Positions 54,597-63,827 of a stretch of DNA of 64,000 bases are shown piece after piece. Each line of letters starts with the position of its first letter. The first letter of the stretch is position 1. A program made the position numbers and the translations under genes. The notes under the pieces were generated by a model, which saw only the letters and a program-made list of their open reading frames with translations, was not told where the DNA came from and searched no databases. Location of the stretch: contig CAXXVO010000005.1 in the NCBI GenBank assembly GCA_963422645.2, positions 224,001 to 288,000 of the forward strand, read 5' to 3'. The DNA is from Alphaproteobacteria bacterium. GTDB lineage: Bacteria > Pseudomonadota > Alphaproteobacteria > UBA828.

Positions 54597-55286
54597 ATGA
54601 ATGAGAAGCAGCTCGACACCGGGCTCCTGCCCTACCCCCTGCCGCCGTGGAAGCATCGCTTCCGCACCCTCAGCATATTCTGCGAGGTCGACGAGGCGGC
54701 GCTCCGCCCCCGCGTGCCGGCGCCGCTGGAGCTCGCCACCAACGTCGTACAGATCACGGTCATGCACTTCGAAAGCAGGGTGCCGACGCGCCCCTATTAC
54801 GACAGCGCCGTGATCGCCCAGGTGCGCTACGGCGGCGAGATCGGAGGGCACTGGGTGCACGCCTTCACCAGCACCGACCAGGTATGCGCGGGCACCCGCG
54901 AGCTCTGGGGCTTCCGCATGAAGCTCGCGTCCATGGAGCTGCACGTCGACACCAGCCGGATCTGGGGCTTCACCGAGCGCCTGGGCCGGCGCGTGATCGA
55001 GATCGACATGCAGCCCACCGGCCGGGTATTCGAGCCGCTCAAGACCTTCCCCCGCCTCTTCGTGAAGGCGCTGCCCGAGGCGGACCGGCCGGACGCGGTG
55101 AAGCGGCAAGTGGTTCAGCTCCCGGCGGAGACCGAGATCACCGAGACCCTCTGGGGCGAAGGCAGGGTGCGCTTCGAGCCGAGCGACGACGACCCCACCC
55201 ACCTGCTGAAGCCGACCCGCATCCTCGGCGCGAGCCTCGTTTCCGGCAACCAGGTCCTCCCCTGGGGCGTGGTGCTCTCGGAGTAG
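54597..55286 (+). CDS. Acetoacetate decarboxylase family protein
   Basis: YPLPPW and RELWGFRMK (conserved Lys position); ATG at 54597. Confidence 0.75.
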   Translation: MNEKQLDTGLLPYPLPPWKHRFRTLSIFCEVDEAALRPRVPAPLELATNVVQITVMHFESRVPTRPYYDSAVIAQVRYGGEIGGHWVHAFTSTDQVCAGTRELWGFRMKLASMELHVDTSRIWGFTERLGRRVIEIDMQPTGRVFEPLKTFPRLFVKALPEADRPDAVKRQVVQLPAETEITETLWGEGRVRFEPSDDDPTHLLKPTRILGASLVSGNQVLPWGVVLSE

Positions 55287-55334
55287 TGGTTTGCAGATAA
55301 TAACTTAGATAGTCCCGCCTCCCCCTGCCACCGT

Positions 55335-55421
55335 CCCCAAAGGCGGAGGGGGAACGCAGGGGGCGCCGCCCGTTCTCCCTCTCCGCCCCTGGGGGCGGAG
55401 AGGGCCGGGGTGAGGTGGGGG
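55335..55421. repeat. Alphaproteobacterial REP-like palindromic element
   Basis: 13-bp hairpin CCCTCTCCGCCCC/GGGGCGGAGAGGG (55377-55404) followed by CCGGGGTGAGG; a partial second copy at ~55335-55353. Confidence 0.7.
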
Positions 55422-56369
55422 GCGGTCGCGCCGTCCAATGGCATTCATTTGGCGCGAAGATTGTTCCGGGGTTTTTTTGGTGGTGTCGTAACGAGTTGAT
55501 TTCTTGTGTGGATTGTCGGTCTCGGCGTTTCCCGCACGAGGGGGATTGACCGGCGGCGTGTGCTTTGGCACACTGTGGCTGTCCCCCTGTCAGTGGAGCC
55601 GGCCCATGGACCCCCGCATCACCGCGCTGAAGTCGACGACCTTTTTCGGCAGACGTCTGACCCGCCGGCAGATTGCCGACATCCAGGAGACGGTGGCGCT
55701 GTTTCCGGCGATCAGCCGCAACGAGCTCGGGCACACGATCTGCGAGCATTTGAACTGGCGCGCGCCGAGCGGGCGGAACCGTGTCGCGGTCTGCCTGCGG
55801 ATGCTGGAGGAGTTGGAGCGGCTGGGCATCCTGACCCTGCCGGCGCGGGACGAGGCGCAGGTGCGGGGGCCGCAGGAGGCGATGGCCCGGAGCGAGCGGA
55901 CGGCGCCGGCCGCGGCGATCGCGGAGGACCTGGCCGCGCTGATGCCGCTGCGCCTGTCGATTGCGGCGGGCAAGGAGGAGGGCGGGCTGTGGAACGAGTT
56001 CGTCGCGCGCCACCACTATCTCGGGCTGCATCGTCTGGTCGGCGCGCATCTGCGCTATTTTCTCCTGGACCGCCACGGGCGGCCTCTGGGCTGCCTTCTG
56101 TTTGCCCGGGCGTCGCGCGCGGTGCCCTGCCGCGACGAGTGGATCGGGTGGCCGGCGGAAGGCTTCCGCAAGCACCTCGATCTGGTCGTGGGTCACACGC
56201 GTTTCCTGATCTTTCCCTGGGTCCGGGTCGACAACCTGGCGTCGAAAGCGCTGTCGATGGCGCTGCGCCAGCTGCCCGGCGACTGGGAGGCGCGCTTCGG
56301 AGCGCGCCCGGTTCTGGTGGAGATGAAGGCTTCATAATGCTTCTCCGTTGTGCAGGTGGGCGGGCGTTT

Positions 56370-56510
56370 CTACCGCATTGATAGAAAAGGCGGTTTGGAT
56401 TCCGTTGTTGCCGCCGCGGCGACCTTTACATCGTGCCGGACGTGATTTTCCAGTATCGCACGTTGGAGGTGCGGATCTGCATCGGGCGTTTTGCCTGACG
56501 GTCCGGGCAT
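56370..56510 (-). CDS. Small hypothetical protein (46 aa) downstream of the recombinase
   Basis: Manual translation MPGPSGKTPD...FLSMR*; ATG 2 nt after the recombinase stop. Confidence 0.3.
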   Translation of the reverse strand: MPGPSGKTPDADPHLQRAILENHVRHDVKVAAAATTESKPPFLSMR

Positions 56511-56512
56511 GG

Positions 56513-58693
56513 TCACCCCCCATCACCGTTGAGCCCGCGCAGCAGCGGCAGTTCGTCCTCGACCGGCAAACGCACATACAGTCCGCGCGTCTTGCCGCGG
56601 GTCACATGGCAGCTGTCCAGCCTGCCCGCCTTGATCCGTTCCCAGACCGTCTGCCGCGTGACACCCAGACGATCCATTGCCACAGCGAGGGGAACAAACC
56701 CCTCCGGAGGCGCCTCACGAAAGCGCTCGCGCAAGGTCGGGGTCATCCGGATCCGAAGAGGAGCACCTTCGATATCGGGCTGGGCAACCGGAACCAGCCC
56801 CTCGCGGATCCAGCGATAGATGGTGTCATCCGAGACTCCGATCTCCTTCGCCACATCGGCAACGCCCATGAGCACCGGCTCGTCCCCGTCGGGCTGGTAG
56901 GGCGCAATGCCATGGCGGCGACGCAGGCTGCCAACAAGCTCGGCCGTGAAATCCAGACCCCGTGCTGTGCGCCGTCCCTGGCGGGTGAGAACCTTCGCGG
57001 TCTCCCGGTCGTTGTAAAAGCATGACAGCTTGCGCACGAGCTCGACCGTGCTGCGCTCATCGCGCCGGGGTGTCGGAGAGCCCGCGAGCATCGGCAAAGT
57101 GATCTCGTCGATCTGCCCGCCACGCCAGCGCAATGTTGCCATGATCTCACGCTCCTGTCGCGCAAGCTCGATCGTCACCTCGTCGAGGAGGCAGGCGAGC
57201 AGGCGCTTGCGCTCGCGCATGGTCGTCGACGACGCCCCCCAGACCTGCGACAGGCGCGCGCCGAGACCCTCGAAAACCGCCGGGGCAGGGGCCGCGGGCT
57301 GACGCGCCCGTGCCGCCTCAAGCGCTTCCTGTGCAGCCTTCTCGGCGCGAAGCGCCTTCTCCCACTCGCGCTCCAGCGTTGCCGCAATCAGACGGTTGTC
57401 GGGATCGACCTGCTTGTAGCGCCGCTCGGCAAGCCGCGCCTCGTACCGGCAGTGCTCAAGATCCAGCTCCCAACGGCGCAACGCGCGCAGGCCGCGTTCA
57501 GCAACATCACAAGCCGCCTGCCGGGCCGCCTCCACCCCCGCCGGCGTGACCGCATCGAGAAACAGACGGGCAACTTCCGCATCAACGCGCTTGCCGCCTG
57601 TCGACCAACAACCGCCGCGCCGGCGCGCAGCATCGCGCTTGCGGCACTCATACCCCCAGCCCGTCTTGCTGTAGTAGACGGTCATCGGCAATCCGCAGCC
57701 GCCGCAGACCGCGAGACCCTGGAGCAGAGCCGACCCTTCCCGCGCCGCGCCGCGGGCTCCGTCCGGAGCCATGTGGTTGCGGGCCAGCTGCTCCTGTACT
57801 TCAAGCCATTCTGCCCAACTGACATATCCCTCATGCTTCTCCGGCTGAAGAATATCCCAGCGCTCCTGGACCGGCCGCAGCGGCGCACCGTGACCAACGC
57901 CGCGTTTGAAGCCGTAGGCATAGGCGCCGCCCATCGCCGGGTTGGTGAGGATGCGGTACACCCGTTCATAGCGCGCCGGGCCCCATTCCAATGCTGCCCC
58001 CGGGTGCCGGCGAGAGGGAACATCCTCGCCCGCCTCACGCAGCAGCATCGTCGCCTGGCGGGCCGAACCGGCTTGCCGAAAACGCGCAAAGACCGTTGCA
58101 ATCGCCGCCTGAACCCGGGCATCCGGATCCTTCCGCAAAGTCGAGCCATCCCGCACAAATCCGATCGGAACGCGCGAGTACAACTCGCCACGAAGCGCCT
58201 TGTTCCGCTTTCCGCCCTCCATCCGGGCGCGAATAAGAGACAGCTCAGCGGCGCTCACGGTTCCCTTGATCCCCAGGACAAGGGAGTCGTCGTCCCGGCT
58301 CGGGCAGTAGATGTGGCAGTCCTCAACCAGAACCGTGTCGTGCCTGCGACATAGATCGAGAAGCTGAAACCATTCCATCGTGTTCCTGGCGAGCCGCGAA
58401 ACCTCAATCCCGAAGATGCCCCCGACATGGTCCCGGGCGATCAGGTCGCACATCTCCCGAAAGCCGCCACGCTCGCCGCGCGCCTTCTCGCTTGCGCTCT
58501 CGCCAAGATCGGCGTCGATCGTCCGTATCCGCTCGGCCGGCCAGCCAATCTCCCGGGCACGCTCGCCAAGCGCGTATTGGCGCAGCTGCGATTCCTGGTG
58601 CGCGTTCACTTGCAAGGGTGTCGACTGGCGAACGTAGACAACTGCAAGACGCTCAAGATGACGCTGGGTGATCTTCGACGGATCGACCGTCAT
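56513..58693 (-). CDS. Large serine recombinase with C-terminal HTH domains
   Basis: YVRQST (catalytic Ser), DLGESA, EVSRLARN, recombinase domain, zinc ribbon CGGCG...C..C, coiled coil and two excisionase-like HTHs. RBS GGAGG before ATG 58693. Confidence 0.93.
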   Translation of the reverse strand: MTVDPSKITQRHLERLAVVYVRQSTPLQVNAHQESQLRQYALGERAREIGWPAERIRTIDADLGESASEKARGERGGFREMCDLIARDHVGGIFGIEVSRLARNTMEWFQLLDLCRRHDTVLVEDCHIYCPSRDDDSLVLGIKGTVSAAELSLIRARMEGGKRNKALRGELYSRVPIGFVRDGSTLRKDPDARVQAAIATVFARFRQAGSARQATMLLREAGEDVPSRRHPGAALEWGPARYERVYRILTNPAMGGAYAYGFKRGVGHGAPLRPVQERWDILQPEKHEGYVSWAEWLEVQEQLARNHMAPDGARGAAREGSALLQGLAVCGGCGLPMTVYYSKTGWGYECRKRDAARRRGGCWSTGGKRVDAEVARLFLDAVTPAGVEAARQAACDVAERGLRALRRWELDLEHCRYEARLAERRYKQVDPDNRLIAATLEREWEKALRAEKAAQEALEAARARQPAAPAPAVFEGLGARLSQVWGASSTTMRERKRLLACLLDEVTIELARQEREIMATLRWRGGQIDEITLPMLAGSPTPRRDERSTVELVRKLSCFYNDRETAKVLTRQGRRTARGLDFTAELVGSLRRRHGIAPYQPDGDEPVLMGVADVAKEIGVSDDTIYRWIREGLVPVAQPDIEGAPLRIRMTPTLRERFREAPPEGFVPLAVAMDRLGVTRQTVWERIKAGRLDSCHVTRGKTRGLYVRLPVEDELPLLRGLNGDGG

Positions 58694-58844
58694 CGGCCGC
58701 CTCCCGATCCGCAATCCGAACCATCAGATCGGCCAGACCCTGCACGACGCGATCCCGGTCCGGAGCCGGAAACGCCAGCCACCGGTCCCGGCGCTCCTCC
58801 CACTCCATCAGCGCGATCAGCGCCAACTCCTGCTCCGCATCCAT
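58653..58844 (-). CDS. Small recombinase-associated protein
   Basis: MDAEQEL...RWLAFPAPDRDRVVQGLADLM; overlaps the recombinase start. Confidence 0.55.
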   Translation of the reverse strand: MDAEQELALIALMEWEERRDRWLAFPAPDRDRVVQGLADLMVRIADREAADDGRSVEDHPASS

Positions 58845-59148
58845 CGCGCCTGAGTTCCCTCTCATCAAGGTCATTCAGAAGATTAAGGAGGGTGAGGAAA
58901 TCAGACAACTCTCCGATCAGGCGTGGTGCATCCTCGGGACGGGCTCCAAGGCTCGTCCATGCCGCTGGTATCCAACAACAGCTGCCGTCCGGCATCCGAA
59001 CCTTCAGAGTCCGGCCCCCGTAACCTCCTTTGCGCCGATCGAGAATCTCGATCGCCTCACCGTCGAAAGGATGCTTGTAGCGTCGAATGCGAACGGGCTC
59101 AGGAGCCTCGGAAGCCTGCAAGATAGTAGTCTGTGACGTTCGTGGAGA
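58690..59148 (-). CDS. DUF5372/Y4bD-like accessory gene body; its start codon lies at the other end of the element (56335)
   Basis: VRI..YKHPFDG...DGSCCWIPAAWTSL motif; no ATG inside the element ahead of the HPF motif. Confidence 0.65.
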   Translation of the reverse strand, partial: SPRTSQTTILQASEAPEPVRIRRYKHPFDGEAIEILDRRKGGYGGRTLKVRMPDGSCCWIPAAWTSLGARPEDAPRLIGELSDFLTLLNLLNDLDERELRRDGCGAGVGADRADGVGGAPGPVAGVSGSGPGSRRAGSGRSDGSDCGSGGGR

Positions 59149-60734
59149 CCTTCGTGGACCCCAGCCTCTTCGACGGCGCCTGCTACCGCGCGGCCAACTG
59201 GCGCTGTCTCGGCGAGACCGGGGGCGGCAAGGGCAAGACCCGCAAAAGCGTCTACGTCTACCCGCTGACGCCGGACTTCCGCTCGATCCTGCTCGAAGGC
59301 CCGCGGCCGGCGCGGCGCGGGAACAGGACACGGCCGGCAGCGCTGGCGCCGGACGATCCCTTCGTGGCGCTGTGGCAGGACCTGATCGGCGCACTGGCGG
59401 CGGTGGCCGCCGATCACGACCGGGTGTGGCAGAGCCGCCGGCGGGTCCTCGACACCCTTCTCGTCATGCTCTTCATCTTCCGGCTGGCGTTCTCGAACGG
59501 CCGCGCGGGCTACGCCACGACGCTGGCCGGGCTGTGGGAGCAGTGCCGGGTCCTGGGCGTCGCACTGCCGCAGCCGGCGCCGGTCTCGGCCTCGGCGATG
59601 TGCATGGCGCGGGCCAAGGTCGACGAGGCGGTGTTCAAGACGCTGCACGCCGAGATCCTCAAGCGCGCCGACGGCCCGGCCTGGAAGGGCCACCGCGTGT
59701 TCGCGGTCGACGGCTCCAAGCTCAACCTGCCGCGGCCGCTGCTCAAGGCCGGCTACCGCACGCCCTCCGAGGCGGCCCACTACCCGCAGGGCCTGCTGAG
59801 TTGCCTCTACCGGCTGCACGCGAACATCCCGGTGGACTTCGACCTGGTCGCGCACGGCGACGAAAGAAGGGCCGCCCTCGCCCACCTCAAGGCGCTCTCG
59901 GCCAACGACATCGTGGTCTATGACCGCGGCTACTACTCTTGGGAGATGCTGCACGCCCATGTCGCCCGCGGCCTGCACCCCGTGTTCCGGATCAAGAAGA
60001 AGGCAGGCGCCGCCCTCGACGCCTTCATCGCCGACGGCCGCACGGACGCGCCGATCACCGTCGCTCCCGGAAAGGACACCCTGAGAAAGCTGCGCCGCAA
60101 GACGCCGCACGTCGACGCCACCCCGCTGCGCCTGCGACTGGTCCGCTACCGCATCGGCAGCACGGTCTTCATCCTCGCCACCACCCTCCTCGACCCCAAG
60201 GCCTGGAGCGTCGCGGAACTGGCCGAGCTCTATCACGCGCGCTGGGGAATCGAGGAACTCTACAAGACCTCGAAACAGGCCATGGCCGTCGAGGCCTTCC
60301 ACAGCCAGACCGAGCGCGGCGTCCGCCAGGAGCTCTTCGCCCACTTCAACCTCATCGCCATGACCCGGCTCTTCACCAACCGCAGCAACGCAAGCCTCGA
60401 CGCCGAGCGCCCTGCCGACGGCAAGCCGGCGATGAAAGCCAACTTCAGCAACGGCCTCGCCACCGTCGCGCGCAACCTCGAAGCGCTGCTGCTGCGCCAT
60501 ACGGCGATGGTCGCCGAAACCCTCAGCCATGTCCTCTCCTGCATCAACCAGGCGCGTCAGCGCCCGCACCCCGGCCGGTCCTGCGAACGCAGGTCGCGCA
60601 AACCCCGCGGCAAGTGGGCACGCGCAAAGCGGGCCGTCGCCTGAACACCTGAACGACAGAAACGCACGCAACCGACAGCGCAAGAACACGACTCCTTAAG
60701 TGAACAGTCGAAAACCGCTAAGTGAATGCCATTG

Positions 60735-61343
60735 GTCGGCGCCCAGGGTGTCGATCCCGCCCGCGAGCGTGACGAGTTCCGGCACCCAATTGCCGGCTGT
60801 CATGGGCGGGTCGCTCCATTCAACGGTGAGCACTCGCTTGGGCGGAAGCGCCTTGGCACGTTCGGCAATCGCGGCCACCCGGGCAAGCAAGCCCGCGCTA
60901 ACCGGTTGGGCATTGACGCCGAGGGCGTCACCCACGCGCGCGATATCGTCCCAGACGTCGCCGAGGCGCATCGGCGCGAGCGAGACGATCTGCACCGGTG
61001 CTTTCAGGAACTCTGCGGCTGCGGCCTCGACTTCGGGCAGGCCCACCGCGCAGACGTCGCACTGGTCCTGGGTGACGATGTGGCTCGGGCGCGCGGCGCG
61101 CAGGATCCCGGTATCGAGGTCGTAGAGGCTGAGCGCTGCGGCGAGCAGCTTGCCCACCTCCTCGTGAATCGCGCCGCTCGGCTTGCTCGCGTCAATCCTG
61201 GCGCGGGTGCAGGCCGGCGCCTCGGCAACCTCGGGCGGCCAGTCGCACTCGTGGCTGCGGTCGACGATGCTGTCCGCGAGCCCGAGCGCCGCGACGATCT
61301 CGGTCGCGCTCGGCACCAGCGAGGCGATGCGGAATGCGCTCAC
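60735..61343 (-). pseudogene. Cobalamin-binding periplasmic protein (BtuF-like), 3'-truncated by IS4
   Basis: RIASLVPSATEI, SHECDWP, TQDQCDVCAV and EW.DP...GNWVPEL; the ORF runs into the IS4 TIR. Confidence 0.8.
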
Positions 61344-61350
61344 GACACTC

Positions 61351-61890
61351 TTACGGCTTGATCGTCATCGGCAGGCCGGCGGCGACGAAGACCACCCGCT
61401 CGGCGGCCTGGGCCACGGCCTGGTTGAGCCGCCCGGCATGGTCGCGGAAGGCGCGTGCCGCGGCGTTCTCCGGCACGATGCCGAGGCCGACCTCGTTGGA
61501 GACCAGCACCGTGCGCCCTTCGAGCCGGCCGAGGCAGGCGGTGAGGCGCTGGGTCTCGGCAGCGACGTCGCGGCCGGCCTCCATGATGTTGCTGAGCCAG
61601 AGGGTGAGGCAGTCCACCAGCAGCGCGGCGCCGGGGCGGCTCTCGGCCTCCAGCGTCTCCGGGAGCGCGAGCGGCGCCTCGACCGTGCGCCAGCCGGGCC
61701 CGCGCCGGGCGCGGTGCGCCGCGATCCGCTCTGCCATCTCGGCATCGCGGGGCTCGGCGGTGGCGATGTAGAGCCGGGGGCCGGCGTGATCGCCCAGCAG
61801 CGCCTCCGCATGGGCGCTCTTGCCCGAGCGGGCGCCGCCGAGAACGAGGGTGATGCGCGCCGGAGACGGCGCCTGGTCGAGACCCGCCAT
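61351..61890 (-). CDS. cobU: Adenosylcobinamide kinase / cobinamide-phosphate guanylyltransferase
   Basis: GGARSGKS, YIATA, VDCLTLWLSN, VSNEVGLG and FRD.AG.LNQ. Confidence 0.95.
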   Translation of the reverse strand: MAGLDQAPSPARITLVLGGARSGKSAHAEALLGDHAGPRLYIATAEPRDAEMAERIAAHRARRGPGWRTVEAPLALPETLEAESRPGAALLVDCLTLWLSNIMEAGRDVAAETQRLTACLGRLEGRTVLVSNEVGLGIVPENAAARAFRDHAGRLNQAVAQAAERVVFVAAGLPMTIKP

Positions 61891-61923
61891 GATCCTCCCT
61901 CCGAGGACGTTGCAGCCCTGCCG

Positions 61924-62122
61924 CGCAGCCGGTCTCCTGGCTCGGGGTCGTCGACGGAACCCGGCCTTCCCGATCCCTCCGGATCAGTGGCCCGCGCGAA
62001 GCGCACTGGTTCCGTCTCGCCGCTTACAGTTGCGGGGGCAGCGCCGGACTGGCCCGTACCTTCCTCCAGAGCGGGCGTCACCGGCTTCCCACGCTGCGTG
62101 ACGTGTGCACGCTACCACGGAC
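61924..62122 (-). ncRNA. Cobalamin riboswitch
   Basis: Minus-strand motifs GGGAAGCCGGTG, CCGGCGCTGCCCCCGCAACTGTAA, GCCACTG, GGGAAGG and the B12 box GAGCCAGGAGACC; upstream of cobU. Confidence 0.92.
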
Positions 62123-62357
62123 TCCTCTCAACGGCCATGGTCCGCGGGGCACGGGTGACGTACGCGATTGTGTGTCAGGCGGGAAGGGGGTACCTCTATG
62201 CGCTCTCATTGGATAGTTCGCTGATATAGCGGCGATAATTTATCCGGTCGCCACGAAGATCCCCTTGCATCGAAGACACGGCTCCGCTTGATTGAGGTGT
62301 CAACGGCGGCGCATTCTCGTGCCGGCGCGGCGGCAAGCGCATGGGAAGGAGAGGCCG

Positions 62358-63305
62358 ATGACTGTCCCTGCAACGCTCGATACCGTTGCCGTCGTCGGTA
62401 ACGGCCTCGTCGGCCACGGCATGGCCCAGATCTTCGCGGCTGCGGGCCGCCGGGTCGTCATGATCGGCCGGCGCGAGGAGAGCCTCGGCGCGGCGATGGA
62501 GAGGATCGCGAAGAGCCTCGCCGCCTTCGAAGCACACGGGCTCGTCACGTCCGCCGAAGCGAGTGCCGCCCTGGGGCGCATCCGGGCCTCGACCGAACTC
62601 GAGGACGCGGCGGAGGCGCAGCTCGTCCTCGAGGCGGTTCCGGCCGAGCGCGCCGTCCAGGACGAGGTGTACGGGCGGCTCGACGCGATCTGCGCGCCGC
62701 CCGCCGTCTTCGCCTCCGGGAGCGGGCAACCCGCGAGCGAGCTTGTGTCGAACGTCACGCACCGCGGGCGCGTCGTCGCCGCCCACTTCTGGTACCCGCC
62801 GCAGCTCATCCCGCTCGTCGAGGTCTGCGCGGGACCGGAGACCGACCCGGACGTGGCGCCCTGGCTCTGCGACGTGCTGCGGGCAGCGGGCAAGGAGCCG
62901 GTGATCGTCGACAAGGAGGTTCCGGGCTTCATCGGCAACCGGCTCCAGTACGCGATCCTGCGCGAGGCCTGGGCGCTCTGGGCGGAGGGGGCGGCGTCGG
63001 CCGAGGCGATCGACACGGTGGTGAAGGCGTCCCTCGGGCGGCGTCTCGCGATCACCGGGCCCATCGAGTCCGCCGACGTGGGCGGCCTCGATACGCTGCA
63101 CGCGTTCGGCGCCTATCTCATCCCGCACCTGACGACGGGCTCCCAGCCCGCGTCGGCGGTGACCGCGCTGGTGGACGCCGGGCATCGCGGCCTGCCCTCG
63201 GGCCGGGGGGTGTACGACTGGAGCGGGCGCGACGGCCCGGCGCTGCTCGAGCGACGCGAGTCGGAGCTATTCCGTCACCTCGCCCGGGACAAGGCCGCGC
63301 GCTGA
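62358..63305 (+). CDS. 3-hydroxyacyl-CoA dehydrogenase family protein
   Basis: VGNGLVG, LEAVP, HFWYPPQLIPLVEV and PGFIGNRLQ; AGGAG RBS before ATG 62358. Confidence 0.88.
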   Translation: MTVPATLDTVAVVGNGLVGHGMAQIFAAAGRRVVMIGRREESLGAAMERIAKSLAAFEAHGLVTSAEASAALGRIRASTELEDAAEAQLVLEAVPAERAVQDEVYGRLDAICAPPAVFASGSGQPASELVSNVTHRGRVVAAHFWYPPQLIPLVEVCAGPETDPDVAPWLCDVLRAAGKEPVIVDKEVPGFIGNRLQYAILREAWALWAEGAASAEAIDTVVKASLGRRLAITGPIESADVGGLDTLHAFGAYLIPHLTTGSQPASAVTALVDAGHRGLPSGRGVYDWSGRDGPALLERRESELFRHLARDKAAR

Positions 63306-63564
63306 GGCTGGAACCGACATGGCCACAGGGGGACGGACTGACGCTGGGGCGCGTCGGTCTTTGACGGACGCGCAAACAGGCCGCGACCGCGGCCCGCCGC
63401 TGATGCGGCGCGCCCGCGCAGGCGCCGGCCTCAGGCCGGCTGCCGTGAGCGACAAATGGCCAGAGCGACACTGGCCGTGACATTGGCGAGACATGCGGGT
63501 TGGCCCGGCCCGCCGCGGTTGACCGGTGCGGCTAAGTCAGTAGTATTGCTGCACCGGTCTTGCA

Positions 63565-63770
63565 GATGAACCCCGCGGGAGAGTTCGCGTGGCCCGGCCG
63601 CGCGACGCCGAAGGAGCAAGCGTCCCGGAAACTCTCAGGCATCAGGGACCGCGGGGGGATGCAACTCTGGAAAGCAGGTGGCGCGCACCGCGCCGCCTCA
63701 CCGACGGGGTAAGCCGGCGGCAGGTCATCGGCCGCAGGGTTAATCTCTCAGGTTCCGAGACAGAGGGGGC
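63565..63770 (+). ncRNA. Tandem glycine riboswitch
   Basis: Aptamer 1: GGAGAG...CGCCGAAGGAGCAA...ACTCTCAGGC. Aptamer 2: CTCTGGAAAG...CACCGACGGGGTAA...TCTCTCAGGT...GACAGAG. Upstream of gcvT. Confidence 0.92.
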
Positions 63771-63827
63771 ACCGGACGATCCCGCACGGGATCGTTCACG
63801 GTCGACTCTGTTTGCCTGGGAGATGCC

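Larger units (their letters stand above)
56324..59148 (-). mobile_element. Minimal large-serine-recombinase integrative element (2825 bp)
   Basis: 7-bp core GTGGAGA at both junctions (56317-56323 and 59142-59148); removal restores the host ORF exactly. Confidence 0.9.
55606..60644 (+). pseudogene. DUF4338 (DruA-like) domain fused to an IS4 transposase, interrupted at 56323/59149
   Basis: 5' part HHYLG...RDEWIGW...RFLIFPWV..NLAS...PVLVE joins in frame to TFVDP..FDGACYRAANW. DDE motifs AVDGS, YDRGY and YHARWGIEELYKTSK. Reconstituted length 737 aa. Confidence 0.88.
55436..60734 (+). mobile_element. IS4-family element encoding a DUF4338-transposase fusion, with a nested recombinase element
   Basis: 12-bp perfect TIRs CAATGGCATTCA at 55436-55447 and 60723-60734. 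Confidence 0.88.

Noticed and set aside
55712-56335. 207-aa minus-strand ORF starting at 56335
   Set aside because: Beyond the first codons it is antisense to the DUF4338 gene and low-complexity. Its start is better explained as the 5' piece of the circle-reconstituted gene.
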